Assembly: GCA_963674945.2 (NCBI GenBank)
Contig: CAXXWQ010000004.1
Span: 640,001 to 704,000 of the forward strand
DNA: 64,000 bases
Reading direction: 5' to 3'
Origin: an uncultured Desulfosarcina sp.
GTDB lineage: Bacteria > Desulfobacterota > Desulfobacteria > Desulfobacterales > Desulfosarcinaceae
The translations under genes and the position numbers were made by a program. Position 1 is the stretch's first letter, and every line of letters begins with the position of its first letter. The notes under the pieces are model-generated. The model saw only the letters and a program-made list of their open reading frames with translations. It had not been told where the DNA came from and did no database searches. Below are positions 20,740-30,729 of the stretch, in pieces.

Positions 20740-21948
20740 GTGAAAAGAATGGAACTAGAAAAGCAAAAAAGAGGTATCTACAGCTGCACCCGTTGTGGTG
20801 TGTGTGTACATAAGTACGGTCCCTATGGAACCAAAAGGGTGTGCCCCATCCGGGAGCATACCGCAGGACATGAACCCTATGCAAACCGGGGAAGAATCCA
20901 GGTTGCCAGGGGCGTGCTGGAAGGAACTATAGAAATAACCCCCAAGTTGGCCGAAGTTGCCTACACTTGTCTGCTTTGCGGTAACTGTCGGCAGGCCTGC
21001 GGCTCGCTGGACCTTCAGAACGATTTAAAACCAAAGATCATTCAACCCCACATCAACAAGGCGTTGCGGGCGGATTTATATGAGTCCGGCATTGAACTTC
21101 CCGATGCGGTACACCAGTTTTGCGATACCGTTGAGAAGACCCAGAATGTCATGGGGTATGCGAATGAAGATAGGGCCGAATGGGCCGAAGAGGAAGATAT
21201 AAAACTCGATCCCAATGCCGACCTCATTTATTTTGTCGGTTGTCTGACGAGCTTTCGGGAAGTTGAAATCGCCCAGGCGGTGGGTAAGATTCTCAACATC
21301 CTGGACATCCCCTTCAACATCCTGGGAGAGGAAGAGCACTGCTGCGGCAATCCCATGCTGATGATGGGCAACCTGTTTCTGGCCAAGGATTTGATGCGGC
21401 ACAACTATGAGCTGATGAAGGGCAAGAAAGTCGTTGCCTCCTGTGCCGGCTGCTATCGCATCCTTCTTCAGGATTACCCCAAGATGCTGAAGCTGGAAGG
21501 CGATGATTATAAGATCGAACCCATACACATCGTGCAGCTGCTGGCCGAACAGATCGAACAGGGCAAGGTGAAGTTCACCAAAGAGATCAACAAGACCGTA
21601 GTCTATCACGATCCTTGCGAACTGGGTCGGGACACGCAGACCTACGATGCGCCGCGACAGATTCTCGAGGCCATTCCCGGGCTCAAACTCGTGGAGTTCG
21701 AGGCCAATAAGGAACAGACTTGGTGCTGCGGCGGCGGCGGCGGTGTGAAAGGCACGAACTATGACCTTGCTGTGGAGATTGGATCCGACAAAGTCAAACA
21801 GGCCAACGACGTCGGCGCTGAGATGATCGTATCCGCCTGCCCTTCCTGCAAGAGAAACATCATCGACGGCATCAATCTCGTTGGATCTGATCTGGATACG
21901 CTGGACGTTCTGGAACTGTGTATTGAAGCTGGGATCACAAAAGCATAA
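20740..21948 (+). CDS. GlcF/HdrD-like Fe-S oxidoreductase with CCG domains
   Basis: CTRCGVC, CLLCGNCRQAC, CCGNP, CCGGGGG. Confidence 0.9.
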   Translation: MKRMELEKQKRGIYSCTRCGVCVHKYGPYGTKRVCPIREHTAGHEPYANRGRIQVARGVLEGTIEITPKLAEVAYTCLLCGNCRQACGSLDLQNDLKPKIIQPHINKALRADLYESGIELPDAVHQFCDTVEKTQNVMGYANEDRAEWAEEEDIKLDPNADLIYFVGCLTSFREVEIAQAVGKILNILDIPFNILGEEEHCCGNPMLMMGNLFLAKDLMRHNYELMKGKKVVASCAGCYRILLQDYPKMLKLEGDDYKIEPIHIVQLLAEQIEQGKVKFTKEINKTVVYHDPCELGRDTQTYDAPRQILEAIPGLKLVEFEANKEQTWCCGGGGGVKGTNYDLAVEIGSDKVKQANDVGAEMIVSACPSCKRNIIDGINLVGSDLDTLDVLELCIEAGITKA

Positions 21949-21965
21949 TGTAAGGAGAATGAAAT

Positions 21966-22412
21966 ATGCCGAAGATTGGTAAGTATTGGGTAGACAAGGA
22001 TCTTTACTACTGGCCCCATGACACCGCGCACAGCTGGGCGAAAAATGAAGACGGTAAAATCAGAGTGGGCGTCGACGACTTTGCTCAGAAGCAGGCCGGA
22101 GAACTCAAGTTTATGAGACTTTTCCCCGCCGGTAAGAAAGTGAAGCAGGGAAAACGGTTCGGAACCCTGGAGACGGCCAAGTGGGTCGGCCCATTGTTGT
22201 CGCCTGTAAACGGAACGATCGTAGAGACCAACCAGGCGGTTCTGGACCAGCCGACGCTGGTCAACGAAGACCCTTATGGCGATGGCTGGCTGGTGATTAT
22301 CGAGCCGTCCGACATAGATGATGATATGACCCGGCTGGTGAAGGGAGACTCACCCGAAGCTGCCGAATGGATGAAGAAAGACATCACTGAGATCGCCAAG
22401 GAAAATGTGTAA
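21966..22412 (+). CDS. gcvH: GcvH/LbpA-like lipoyl-carrier protein (type B)
   Basis: RVGVDDFAQKQAG, LETAKWVGP, VNEDPYGDGW. Confidence 0.88.
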   Translation: MPKIGKYWVDKDLYYWPHDTAHSWAKNEDGKIRVGVDDFAQKQAGELKFMRLFPAGKKVKQGKRFGTLETAKWVGPLLSPVNGTIVETNQAVLDQPTLVNEDPYGDGWLVIIEPSDIDDDMTRLVKGDSPEAAEWMKKDITEIAKENV

Positions 22413-22787
22413 TAACGTACTTCACCTGCACCGCAGGTGGTAATAAAAAGCCCCCTCGAAAGAGGGGGCAATAAAACGGCGGCATACACAATCCCAACGA
22501 TCGTGGCATAAATTTCGCCATTTATCTATAGGTTCTTCCTCCATTTTCGTCCTTTTGGCTTTTCGGAGGGAGAGCCTATTTATGCTCATAGGATCGGCAG
22601 AACCGTATGCGTCCACGACGAAACGTGGGTGGCGAATGCCTGACGGTAAGAGCCTCGATATTATACTAACGGGAGCCCATAATAGCATCCGCACCTTACT
22701 GTTCGCAGCTCATGGGAAGTGTAAGAAGTATTACAGGCAAAGGGCTTCAGGGGCTGATGCTACTTGTTCATAATGAAGAGGGATAGA

Positions 22788-24224
22788 ATGGAGAAAAACA
22801 TCAATTCGCAACTGTCCAAGATCGTAGGAGAGGAAGATATCGCTACCGATGCTTTTGAGAGAATGCTCTACAGCCACGACATAGCGCCTCTTCCGAGCCT
22901 TCTATCATCAGTATTCAAGACCATTCCGGATGCTATTGCCCGACCCGAAAGCAGCCAGGAGCTGGCGCAAATAATGCGCTTGGCTTCACAGCACGAGGTG
23001 CCGGTGGTCCCGAGAGCTGCCGCATCGTGGGCTTTGGGTGGCGTCATCCCTACGAAAGGCGGCATTGTTCTGGATCTGGTAAAGTTAAACAGAATTATCG
23101 CATTGTCCGTCGACGAATCATGGGTCGAAGTCGAAGCCGGCGTCATATTCAAGAATCTGATGACCTACCTGTCGGATAAGGGGATGGCCGTATTGTCCTG
23201 TCCGACCAGCGCACCTTCTTCTACCATTGGCGGCTGGGTCAGCACCGGTGGCAACGGCCTAGGTTCATTGAAATATGGGCCGATCCGTGAACAGGTGATG
23301 GAGCTTGAGATCGTCACGCCCACAGGTGAAATCAGGAGGGTTTCCAGGGACTCCACGGGTCCGAACATCGATTGGTTTTTTGGAACGGAAGGCCAGTTTG
23401 GTGTAATTACCAAGGTGAAGCTGAAAATACGCAAAAAGCCCGAAAAACAAATTGTCCGCGGTTTGTATACGACGGGACACAAAGAGCTGGCACAGTTGGT
23501 AGCTGAATTAAAAGGGCTTCCATATGTTCTGATAGCTCTCGATTCGGATCTGATGTCCTTCAAGGATAAACTGCACGACAGAAAAACAAAAGGGAAAAAT
23601 CTGTTGCTGGCTGTCTTTGAAGGGACTGAAAAGGATGTCGATTCCGCTGTGAGTGCCTTCGACGGCATTGTCCAGAAAAGAGGACTGCAAGACATCGGGG
23701 AACATCTTGCCATGGAAGAGTGGGAAGAAAGGTATCAACCGATGAGAGTCGGCAAGCTGGGCCCCACGCTCCTTTCAGGAGAGTTCAGTGTCCCGATTGA
23801 TCAACTGCAGCCTGTGCTTGACAAAATCAAAGTGCTTCAAAAGAAAAGCGGCATGAAAATCGGGGTGGAGGTACAGGTAATTTCCCAAAAATCGGCGTTG
23901 GTATTGGCGATGTACCTTACTGACGAGAGAAAGCCGATCAGGTATTTAATCCATATGGGACTCGTTGCAGATATAAACAATATCGGATTCTCCCACGGAG
24001 GGCAACCTTACGGAATGGGCATATGGAATTCCTTCTCCCTGAAAAAGCTTTACAGCAGGGAGCAAATAAAGAAACTGAAACGTGCAAAGAAAGAACTCGA
24101 TCCGAAGGGGATAATGAATCCCGGTAAGTTTTTCAAAGCCGAAACCCAGTTCGGAATATCCATTCCCCCGATACTTTTTGACACCTCAATGAAGGCTCTG
24201 AGCGTTGCCCGACGATTCCTGTAG
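22788..24224 (+). CDS. FAD-binding oxidoreductase (GlcD/lactate dehydrogenase-like, second type)
   Basis: PDAIARPES, STIGGWVSTGG, GTEGQFGVIT, LDPKGIMNPGK. Confidence 0.9.
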   Translation: MEKNINSQLSKIVGEEDIATDAFERMLYSHDIAPLPSLLSSVFKTIPDAIARPESSQELAQIMRLASQHEVPVVPRAAASWALGGVIPTKGGIVLDLVKLNRIIALSVDESWVEVEAGVIFKNLMTYLSDKGMAVLSCPTSAPSSTIGGWVSTGGNGLGSLKYGPIREQVMELEIVTPTGEIRRVSRDSTGPNIDWFFGTEGQFGVITKVKLKIRKKPEKQIVRGLYTTGHKELAQLVAELKGLPYVLIALDSDLMSFKDKLHDRKTKGKNLLLAVFEGTEKDVDSAVSAFDGIVQKRGLQDIGEHLAMEEWEERYQPMRVGKLGPTLLSGEFSVPIDQLQPVLDKIKVLQKKSGMKIGVEVQVISQKSALVLAMYLTDERKPIRYLIHMGLVADINNIGFSHGGQPYGMGIWNSFSLKKLYSREQIKKLKRAKKELDPKGIMNPGKFFKAETQFGISIPPILFDTSMKALSVARRFL

Positions 24225-24235
24225 GAGAGACAGAC

Positions 24236-25408
24236 ATGGAAATTTCAGATCTCAAGAAATATAGCATTGATATTGACCCTTTGGTTTGTGTCCAGTGTGG
24301 TTATTGCCGCACCGTTTGCCCCATATTCGAGCAAATTCCCTGGGAGTCGGCTTCACCTCGAGGAAAGCTTTTTTATTTGAAGGAGCTTGTTCGAAAAGGC
24401 GCCTCAGAGCTTGATGAAGACTTTGCCAATCGCCTGTTCCAATGCACGCTGTGCGGTCGTTGCGAGGAGGTGTGTCAGCTTGCCATTAAAACCGAGGATA
24501 TGTGGCGAAAGGTCAGAGCTGCCGTATATGAAGCCGGCAAGAGCCCCGAGCCGATCATGGCGATGGACGGGGGACTTGCGGAAAAACAGAACCCATATGG
24601 TTCGGACTCATTTTTACGTGACATGTGGACCGACTTTATGGATGATGACGAAATTCCGGATAAGGAAACGGCACACACCATATTCTTTGTCGGCTGCACG
24701 TCGGCCCTCAAAGCGCAGACCCAGGATATTCCCGCGGCAGCGGCGCGTATTCTTAATTGCGCCGGTGAGGATTGGACGTTTTTAGGTGAGGACGAGGTGT
24801 GCTGCGGTTCACCCAATATGATGGTAGGCAATCTGGAAAAAGCGAAAGATCTTGCCAGACAGAATACGGAGCAATTTGAAGCAAGGGGCGCCAAGAGAAT
24901 TGTAACGAATTGTCCCGGCTGTTACCGGGCCCTGGAGAAATATTCGGAGATGCTCGGGCGTAAGCTTGACTTTGAAGTACTTCACCTTACCGAGCTTGTC
25001 AGTCGATATCTGAAGGAAGGGCGTATTAAAGTAAAAGAGAAGTATAAGGAAAAAATCATCTATCATGATCCTTGCGAGCTGGGACGCCTGAGCGGCATAT
25101 GCGAAGACCCCAGAGCGATTCTGAAGGCAATCACGGACCAGCCCGTTGACTTTCCGGAGAACAGGGCAGACAGCCAGTGTTGTGGTGGAGGCGGATTGCT
25201 TATGGCGGTAGACGGTGATTTGCGTCTTCGGATCGGAGAGAACAAAGCCAAAGTGGCAAAAAAGATGGGCGCCGATATCATCACATCGGCCTGTCCGTCC
25301 TGCAAAATGGTACTTGACGATGCCGCAAAGAGCTTGAAAACCGGCGCAAAGGTGCTCGACATAATGGAGCTCTTGGCTGAAAAACTGGAAGACCCTGCTG
25401 AAGAGTAG
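24236..25408 (+). CDS. HdrD/GlcF-like Fe-S oxidoreductase with CCG domains
   Basis: CVQCGYCRTVCP, CTLCGRCEEVC, CCGSP, CCGGGG. Confidence 0.9.
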   Translation: MEISDLKKYSIDIDPLVCVQCGYCRTVCPIFEQIPWESASPRGKLFYLKELVRKGASELDEDFANRLFQCTLCGRCEEVCQLAIKTEDMWRKVRAAVYEAGKSPEPIMAMDGGLAEKQNPYGSDSFLRDMWTDFMDDDEIPDKETAHTIFFVGCTSALKAQTQDIPAAAARILNCAGEDWTFLGEDEVCCGSPNMMVGNLEKAKDLARQNTEQFEARGAKRIVTNCPGCYRALEKYSEMLGRKLDFEVLHLTELVSRYLKEGRIKVKEKYKEKIIYHDPCELGRLSGICEDPRAILKAITDQPVDFPENRADSQCCGGGGLLMAVDGDLRLRIGENKAKVAKKMGADIITSACPSCKMVLDDAAKSLKTGAKVLDIMELLAEKLEDPAEE

Positions 25409-25427
25409 GTGCCACAAAGGAGATACC

Positions 25428-25690
25428 ATGGTGGATTTCTCGGATTTTGGTGAGATCGCATGCGCCATCGACAATGATGGTTCGTATAGTGTTGGTGTTG
25501 CCTGGGACAAGAAAACCGGTTGCGCGTCGTATGTTCGGGACCGGCCTGCTTTCGGCGTGGATATGCCCGTGGCCCACGGCGGGACCGGCGTCAATCCCTG
25601 TCCCGGCGAACTGCTTTCGACCGCGGTCGGCAGTTGCTTTATCGGGACGTTCCTGTAAACGTTACCTCTGAAATCGAAATGGTAGAGTAA
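25428..25690 (+). pseudogene. OsmC-family gene with internal deletion
   Basis: Matches 61908 up to 25651, then jumps to the last codons (cctgtaaacgttac), causing a frameshift. Confidence 0.85.
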
Positions 25691-25725
25691 AAATTGGATA
25701 TGGAGCAGGAGATTCGTCTGGAAGG

Positions 25726-27647
25726 TGGAACCTGACAATGTATGAAAAGTGCAGAATCGATTTACAGCCAATCGGCAGGCGGATCAGTGCCGACTACGAG
25801 ACGACGATATTTCAGGCGGCTCGAGACTATGGCATAGGCCTGGCGTCCCTTTGCGGCGGCAAAGGGACTTGCGGCAAATGCAAAGTTCGCATCTTGTCCG
25901 GCGAAGTGTCGCCCCCGGACGAAAGAGAAAAGAAGTCTTTGAGCGGTGAAGAGATCGGTCAAGGATATCGGCTTGCGTGCCTGACCAGGATATACGGAGA
26001 CGTCAAGGTCGAAGTTCCGTTGGAGTCGCTTGAAGATTCCCAACGGGTACATCTTGTCGGTGATGAAAAGAGTACTCTGAACGATCCGGTTGTCGAGATC
26101 GTTGATATCCAACTGTCGCGCCCGGGAAAGGACGACAACCGATCGGATCAACTCAGAATCGCCGACTATCTGGCTGCGCATTGCGACAAAAAAGATATCC
26201 GTTTAGATCTTTATGCACAACGTCGATTGTCAACGATCCTGCGGGACAATGAGTGGCATGCAAAAATCGGTCTGCATGGAAACGAGGTGGTTTCCGCAGG
26301 AAAAGCCGATGATCGGGTGCTTGGGCTTGCCGTGGATTTGGGAACGACCTCCATTGCCGCGTACCTGACCGACCTGGAGACGGGAGAAGTCCTGACGGCC
26401 AAGGGTGTGATGAACCCCCAGATCGCCTACGGCGAAGATATCGTGAGCCGTATCTCCTATGCCATCGAAAATGATGGGGATACACTGCGCAAGGTAGTGG
26501 TGGAAGGCATCAACAAGATCGTCAAAGGGGCGTGCGCCGATACGGGCCAGGACCCGGATAGTATCGTGGAAGTGGTGCTGGTGGGCAACACGGCCATGCA
26601 TCACCTCTTTCTCGGTCTTCCCGTTAAACAGTTGATCATGGCGCCGTACACCCCCATCGCCTCAGGTTCACTTTACACGAAAGCCAGGGATATCGGCCTT
26701 GCCGTCGCCCCCGGAGCATATGTATACACGATGCCCAACATCGCCGGTTTCGTGGGTGCCGACCACGTATCCATGCTCCTGGCCACGGGTATCGCCGACA
26801 GCGACAAAACCGTCATCGGCATCGACATCGGAACGAACACCGAGATCACGTTGGTGGCCAATGGGAAGCTAAGCTGCTGTTCCTGTGCTTCGGGACCGGC
26901 TTTTGAGGGAGCGCATATCAAAAATGGCATGCGTGCCATGGCCGGCGCCATCGAAAAGGTCAAGATCAACGGCGATTCCGTTATCTTGCAGACCATCGAC
27001 GGCAAACCGCCCATCGGTTTGTGCGGCTCGGGCATTCTCGATGCAGCAGCGCAATTGTTGGAAACGGGAATCATCAATGCCAAGGGCAGAATGAACGCCC
27101 ATCCCTGTATCCGTGATTCCGAAAAAGGGAAAGAGTTCGTCCTTGCCAGTGGTGAACAAAGCGGTACCGGAAAGGACATCACGCTTACCGGCAAGGACTT
27201 GAGTGAAATTCAACTGGCCAAAGGTGCCATCGGTTCCGGGATGAATATCCTTCTGGAGCAAGCCGGCGTCCATTGGCAAGACGTCGAGGAGGTGATCATC
27301 GCCGGCGCCTTCGGCAACTATATTGATGTGGCCAGCGCGATCCGTATCGGGATGCTGCCACCGCTTGACCTTGACCGTTATTCTCAGGTGGGAAACGCGG
27401 CAGGCGTGGGTGCGAAACAGGCATTGATATCCAAGTCGCAGCGCCGTATGTCGATGGATATCGCCCGTCGGGTGAATTATGTGGAACTAACGAGTTTTCC
27501 GGGATATCCAAAAGTGTTTGCACAAGCCCTCCGGTTTTCTCCGGAAACGAATTGGAAAGATAGCAGAGGATAAGATTTATGGAAAAAGTGCAAGTACTCG
27601 TTATCGGCGGAGGCCCTGGAGGGTATGTAGCCGCCATCAGGGCAGCG
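25726..27647 (+). repeat. 1.9-kb inverted repeat, copy 1 (copy 2 at 41114-43035)
   Basis: Identical 611-aa translations on opposite strands; paired coordinates sum to 68761. Confidence 0.9.
25738..27573 (+). CDS. RACo/RamA-type ATP-dependent corrinoid reductive activator (2Fe-2S + ASKHA)
   Basis: CGGKGTCGKC..RLAC; VDLGTTS; DIGTNTE; GPAFEG; AGAFG. Confidence 0.92.
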   Translation: MYEKCRIDLQPIGRRISADYETTIFQAARDYGIGLASLCGGKGTCGKCKVRILSGEVSPPDEREKKSLSGEEIGQGYRLACLTRIYGDVKVEVPLESLEDSQRVHLVGDEKSTLNDPVVEIVDIQLSRPGKDDNRSDQLRIADYLAAHCDKKDIRLDLYAQRRLSTILRDNEWHAKIGLHGNEVVSAGKADDRVLGLAVDLGTTSIAAYLTDLETGEVLTAKGVMNPQIAYGEDIVSRISYAIENDGDTLRKVVVEGINKIVKGACADTGQDPDSIVEVVLVGNTAMHHLFLGLPVKQLIMAPYTPIASGSLYTKARDIGLAVAPGAYVYTMPNIAGFVGADHVSMLLATGIADSDKTVIGIDIGTNTEITLVANGKLSCCSCASGPAFEGAHIKNGMRAMAGAIEKVKINGDSVILQTIDGKPPIGLCGSGILDAAAQLLETGIINAKGRMNAHPCIRDSEKGKEFVLASGEQSGTGKDITLTGKDLSEIQLAKGAIGSGMNILLEQAGVHWQDVEEVIIAGAFGNYIDVASAIRIGMLPPLDLDRYSQVGNAAGVGAKQALISKSQRRMSMDIARRVNYVELTSFPGYPKVFAQALRFSPETNWKDSRG

Positions 27648-27686
27648 GAAGAAGCCGCCATGGGAAAGGCGATTCATACATCGTAG
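27579..27686 (+). pseudogene. lpdA: lpdA remnant (first 23 codons joined to the last 12)
   Basis: MEKVQVLVIGGGPGGYVAAIRAA|EEAAMGKAIHTS compared with the intact gene at 39797-41182. Confidence 0.85.
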
Positions 27687-27774
27687 GATTCACAAAAGGA
27701 GCGAACAGGAAACCCGAAGGCCTGTTGGTACACAAAAAGTACAATCCCACTGCCCTGTTACAGGCAGGATAGAT

Positions 27775-28190
27775 ATGGATCGAGATACGTTACAAGATCA
27801 ATCGCAACGATTGCCGGGCTGGCTGGTCAGACCAATCTGCCAGGGCAAGCATTTTAATGAGGTGCGCCGGACCCTTTCGCGGCTTAAACTTCACACCGTG
27901 TGCCAGAGCGCCCTTTACCCCAATCAAAGTGAATATTTTTCCAAGAGAACGGCCAAAGAATCCGTGGAAATGGTAGCCGGAGAAAAGCCGGATGTTTTCA
28001 ACCACAACCTGGAGACCATACCCCGTCTGTATCAGGAAGTGCGACCAAAGGCCAACTGCCGGAGATCTCTCACAATTCTTTCCGATGTCAAGCCGTTGGA
28101 AAAAGAGGCAAAAAAATGGGGTTTTGTACCATCGCATCGGCGCCCTTTGTCCGGAGTTCTTACAAATTAGGAGAACTTCTTAAAAATCTA
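27775..28190 (+). pseudogene. lipA: lipA remnant with two internal deletions
   Basis: Matches the N-terminus of 38027-38911; lacks CxxxCxxC; Cys to Tyr changes; frameshifted end. Confidence 0.88.
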
Positions 28191-28710
28191 TAAAATTACA
28201 GATGAACTATATCGTTGAGATATTAGTGCAACTTCACCCTGATTCTCTATCACACAAATTTTTATTTCTTCGCTATTTCGTTTCGGTTGGTTTGCGCTCG
28301 GCCTTGTCACATGTATCGGTTTCTCGTTTTGATTTTTGAATCAAGGTACACATCCCATACCCCCCGCGTCTGACCTCCCAAAGCCGACAGTATCTGCAGG
28401 GTATTATATCATTTTTTTTATCGTTCAATTTGTATCCTCCAATGAATGGAATTTCCTCTCTATTGAATGTTCAGTGTCGGAAAGGCATACCACATTTGAC
28501 CATTGAAGACAAGCGCTGGACTTTTTGACAAGACGAAGTCAACAAGCTACTTTCAATGGAAATACTTGATAAGAATCACAGTCGATGATCGGTAAAATTG
28601 ATGGAAAACCATTGATTATGCCTTGACATCCAAAAACGGATATTCCTATTATCTCAGTAATATCGAATTGGTATTAATAATTAGGCAATCATCACAGAAG
28701 GATTCGGACG

Positions 28711-29028
28711 ATGGCGAAATGCACGATTAATGGTGGCGCATGCCGTATTGAAACAGTAGTGGAAGCGAAGAAAGAGAATAATCGGAAAATTGTCTTGAAA
28801 ATTACAACTGAATGCAAGAATTTGCAAAAGCTCTCGGAAAAATTACATGAAATCAACCCCTATGAAGAGATTCCCAAACGTTTGAAAGCGACAAAGATAT
28901 GCGAACTGGCAAGCGAATTTCTTCCGCATCCATCCTGCCCTGTTCCTTCAGGGATATTAAAAACGATAGAAGTTGAGGCTGGCCTTGCACTGCCTCAGAC
29001 GGCAACGATTAAGGTGGAAAAGGATTAA
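28711..29028 (+). CDS. Small Cys-motif hypothetical protein (DUF6951-like)
   Basis: GGACRIET..TECKNL..HPSCPVPSGILKTIEVEAGLALP. Confidence 0.65.
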   Translation: MAKCTINGGACRIETVVEAKKENNRKIVLKITTECKNLQKLSEKLHEINPYEEIPKRLKATKICELASEFLPHPSCPVPSGILKTIEVEAGLALPQTATIKVEKD

Positions 29029-29828
29029 TGGAAATAGGAAAAAAAATTATTGCAGCCGCCACGGACAGCGGGGCATCGATTGCTGGTATCGCGAGCATGG
29101 AAGAGCTCAAATCGTCCTCCTCGCACATGATATACACGAAAATGGGGATTTATGAAGGAATTGGTACCGTCAGACACGATGATCCGTCTGCGAACAAACA
29201 ATTGTTCAACTGGCCGGATTCAGCAAAATCCCTACTCGTTATCGGCCTGTTCCACCCAGAGGACAGGCCTGAACTCGACTGGTGGGACGGAAGGGGAACC
29301 CCCGGCAACCGGCAGTTGATTGAAATTATAGAGCTGACTCGGCAAAAAATCGAAAGCAATCTAAAAATAGATACAACCAGATTACATTATTACGTTGAAA
29401 AGGGGGGGGTATTTCTCAAAGATGCAGCGGTACTGGCCGGACTGGGTTGTCTTGGAAAAAACAATATGGTGTTGACGCCGATATATGGACCAAGAATTCG
29501 ATTAAGGGCTCTGATTCTCGATGCCGATATCGCCCCAACCGGACCGGTTGCTTTCGATCCTTGCAAAGACTGTAAAATGTATTGTCGAAAAGTCTGCCCT
29601 GAAAAGGCCATGAGCAAAAAAGTACCGTTATTTGAAACAATCAACCATTCCTTGGAATTGCCCGCAAGGGATGGTGCTTATAACAGGGAGACCTGCAACA
29701 TACGAATGGAAAAGGATGTCTCTGAAAGCAGATCAAAAATTGGCGGCAAACAATCTCCAATACGATACTGTAGAAAGTGCGAGTTTGTTTGCCCTGTAGG
29801 AAAAAAGAAAGAGGAGACTCATACCTGA
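29028..29828 (+). CDS. QueG/reductive-dehalogenase-like Fe-S protein
   Basis: LKDAAVLAGLGCLGKNNMVLTPIYGPRIRL; CKDCKMYCRKVCP; CRKCEFVCP. Confidence 0.8.
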   Translation: MEIGKKIIAAATDSGASIAGIASMEELKSSSSHMIYTKMGIYEGIGTVRHDDPSANKQLFNWPDSAKSLLVIGLFHPEDRPELDWWDGRGTPGNRQLIEIIELTRQKIESNLKIDTTRLHYYVEKGGVFLKDAAVLAGLGCLGKNNMVLTPIYGPRIRLRALILDADIAPTGPVAFDPCKDCKMYCRKVCPEKAMSKKVPLFETINHSLELPARDGAYNRETCNIRMEKDVSESRSKIGGKQSPIRYCRKCEFVCPVGKKKEETHT

Positions 29829-29925
29829 ATCCTTACATCTTGCGGATCCCGTCGCAATATTCTAATATATCCATATGATAGCTATGGCGGTTGCCTGGAA
29901 TCCGCCGACACAGACCGGGGGTAAA

Positions 29926-30636
29926 ATGTTTTCGATTGTAGATGTGCCCTTTGATATACATACGGTCCAATTGATTGAGGATTTCAATGTAAAAATAAGC
30001 ACTGATCGTATCGACGATTTTGAAAATCTCATCAAAGATGTTAAACGAATATGCAAACCCAAAGCCATGGTTAAGGCTTCTTTCATTGAATCCAAAGGCA
30101 AAGACACAGTCGATTTCGATGGAAGGACTTTCACAAGCCGGATTTTAAGAAAAAACCTTGATTCCATTGAACGCGTTTTTCCTTTCATTGTCACTTGCGG
30201 AACGGAGATAGACGATGTCGAGATTGATCCGGACGATTCGGAAAAGCTCATGTGGATGAACTATCTCAAAGGAGCTCTCATTAAAAGCGGCATTCAATAC
30301 TTGACAGCACACATCACCGCAAAGTATAAAATTCCAAAATTGTCTTATATGGGGCCTGGCCAAGGTGATTCATCCGTCTGGCCCCATGAACAGATAATCA
30401 ATCTGTACTCGATTTTTGACAACGCTGAAAAACGCATCGGCGTGAGGCTGACAGAATCCCTCTTATTGATCCCCCTTGCGTCGGCTGTTGCTATTTTCTT
30501 CCCAACAGAAGTCGATTTCAATGCTTGTCAGCTATGTCATAACGAAACCTGCGATTTTCGAAAAGCTCCTTTTGATAGTGAACTTTGGGAATCAATTGAG
30601 AAAAGAAAGGTTGCGCATAACCGGTTATGGGAGTGA
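29926..30636 (+). CDS. Stand-alone MetH activation-domain-like protein
   Basis: PFIVTCG, MGPGQGD..W, IGVRLTESLLLIP, CQLC..CDFRKAPF. Confidence 0.7.
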   Translation: MFSIVDVPFDIHTVQLIEDFNVKISTDRIDDFENLIKDVKRICKPKAMVKASFIESKGKDTVDFDGRTFTSRILRKNLDSIERVFPFIVTCGTEIDDVEIDPDDSEKLMWMNYLKGALIKSGIQYLTAHITAKYKIPKLSYMGPGQGDSSVWPHEQIINLYSIFDNAEKRIGVRLTESLLLIPLASAVAIFFPTEVDFNACQLCHNETCDFRKAPFDSELWESIEKRKVAHNRLWE

Positions 30637-30729
30637 CAAAAAAAAGGAGTATCCTTTCAACAGCCTGATCCCATGATATCAATACGTTATCTACGTCAAC
30701 TGTAAGCCAGTATCACAGTACTAACTGGA

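Larger units (their letters stand above)
21036..25651 (+). repeat. 4.6-kb direct repeat, copy 1 (copy 2 at 57516-62131)
   Basis: Constant 36480-bp offset; ORF translations identical; boundaries read by eye. Confidence 0.9.

Noticed and set aside
22504..22780. Possible riboswitch, ribozyme or sigma54 promoter between gcvH and the second FAD oxidoreductase
   Set aside because: Only small hairpins and an imperfect TGGCAT-N5-TCGC; no cobalamin or other riboswitch consensus recognised
29028..29828. Respiratory reductive dehalogenase RdhA
   Set aside because: Too short, no Tat signal and no rdhB anchor; kept as QueG-like
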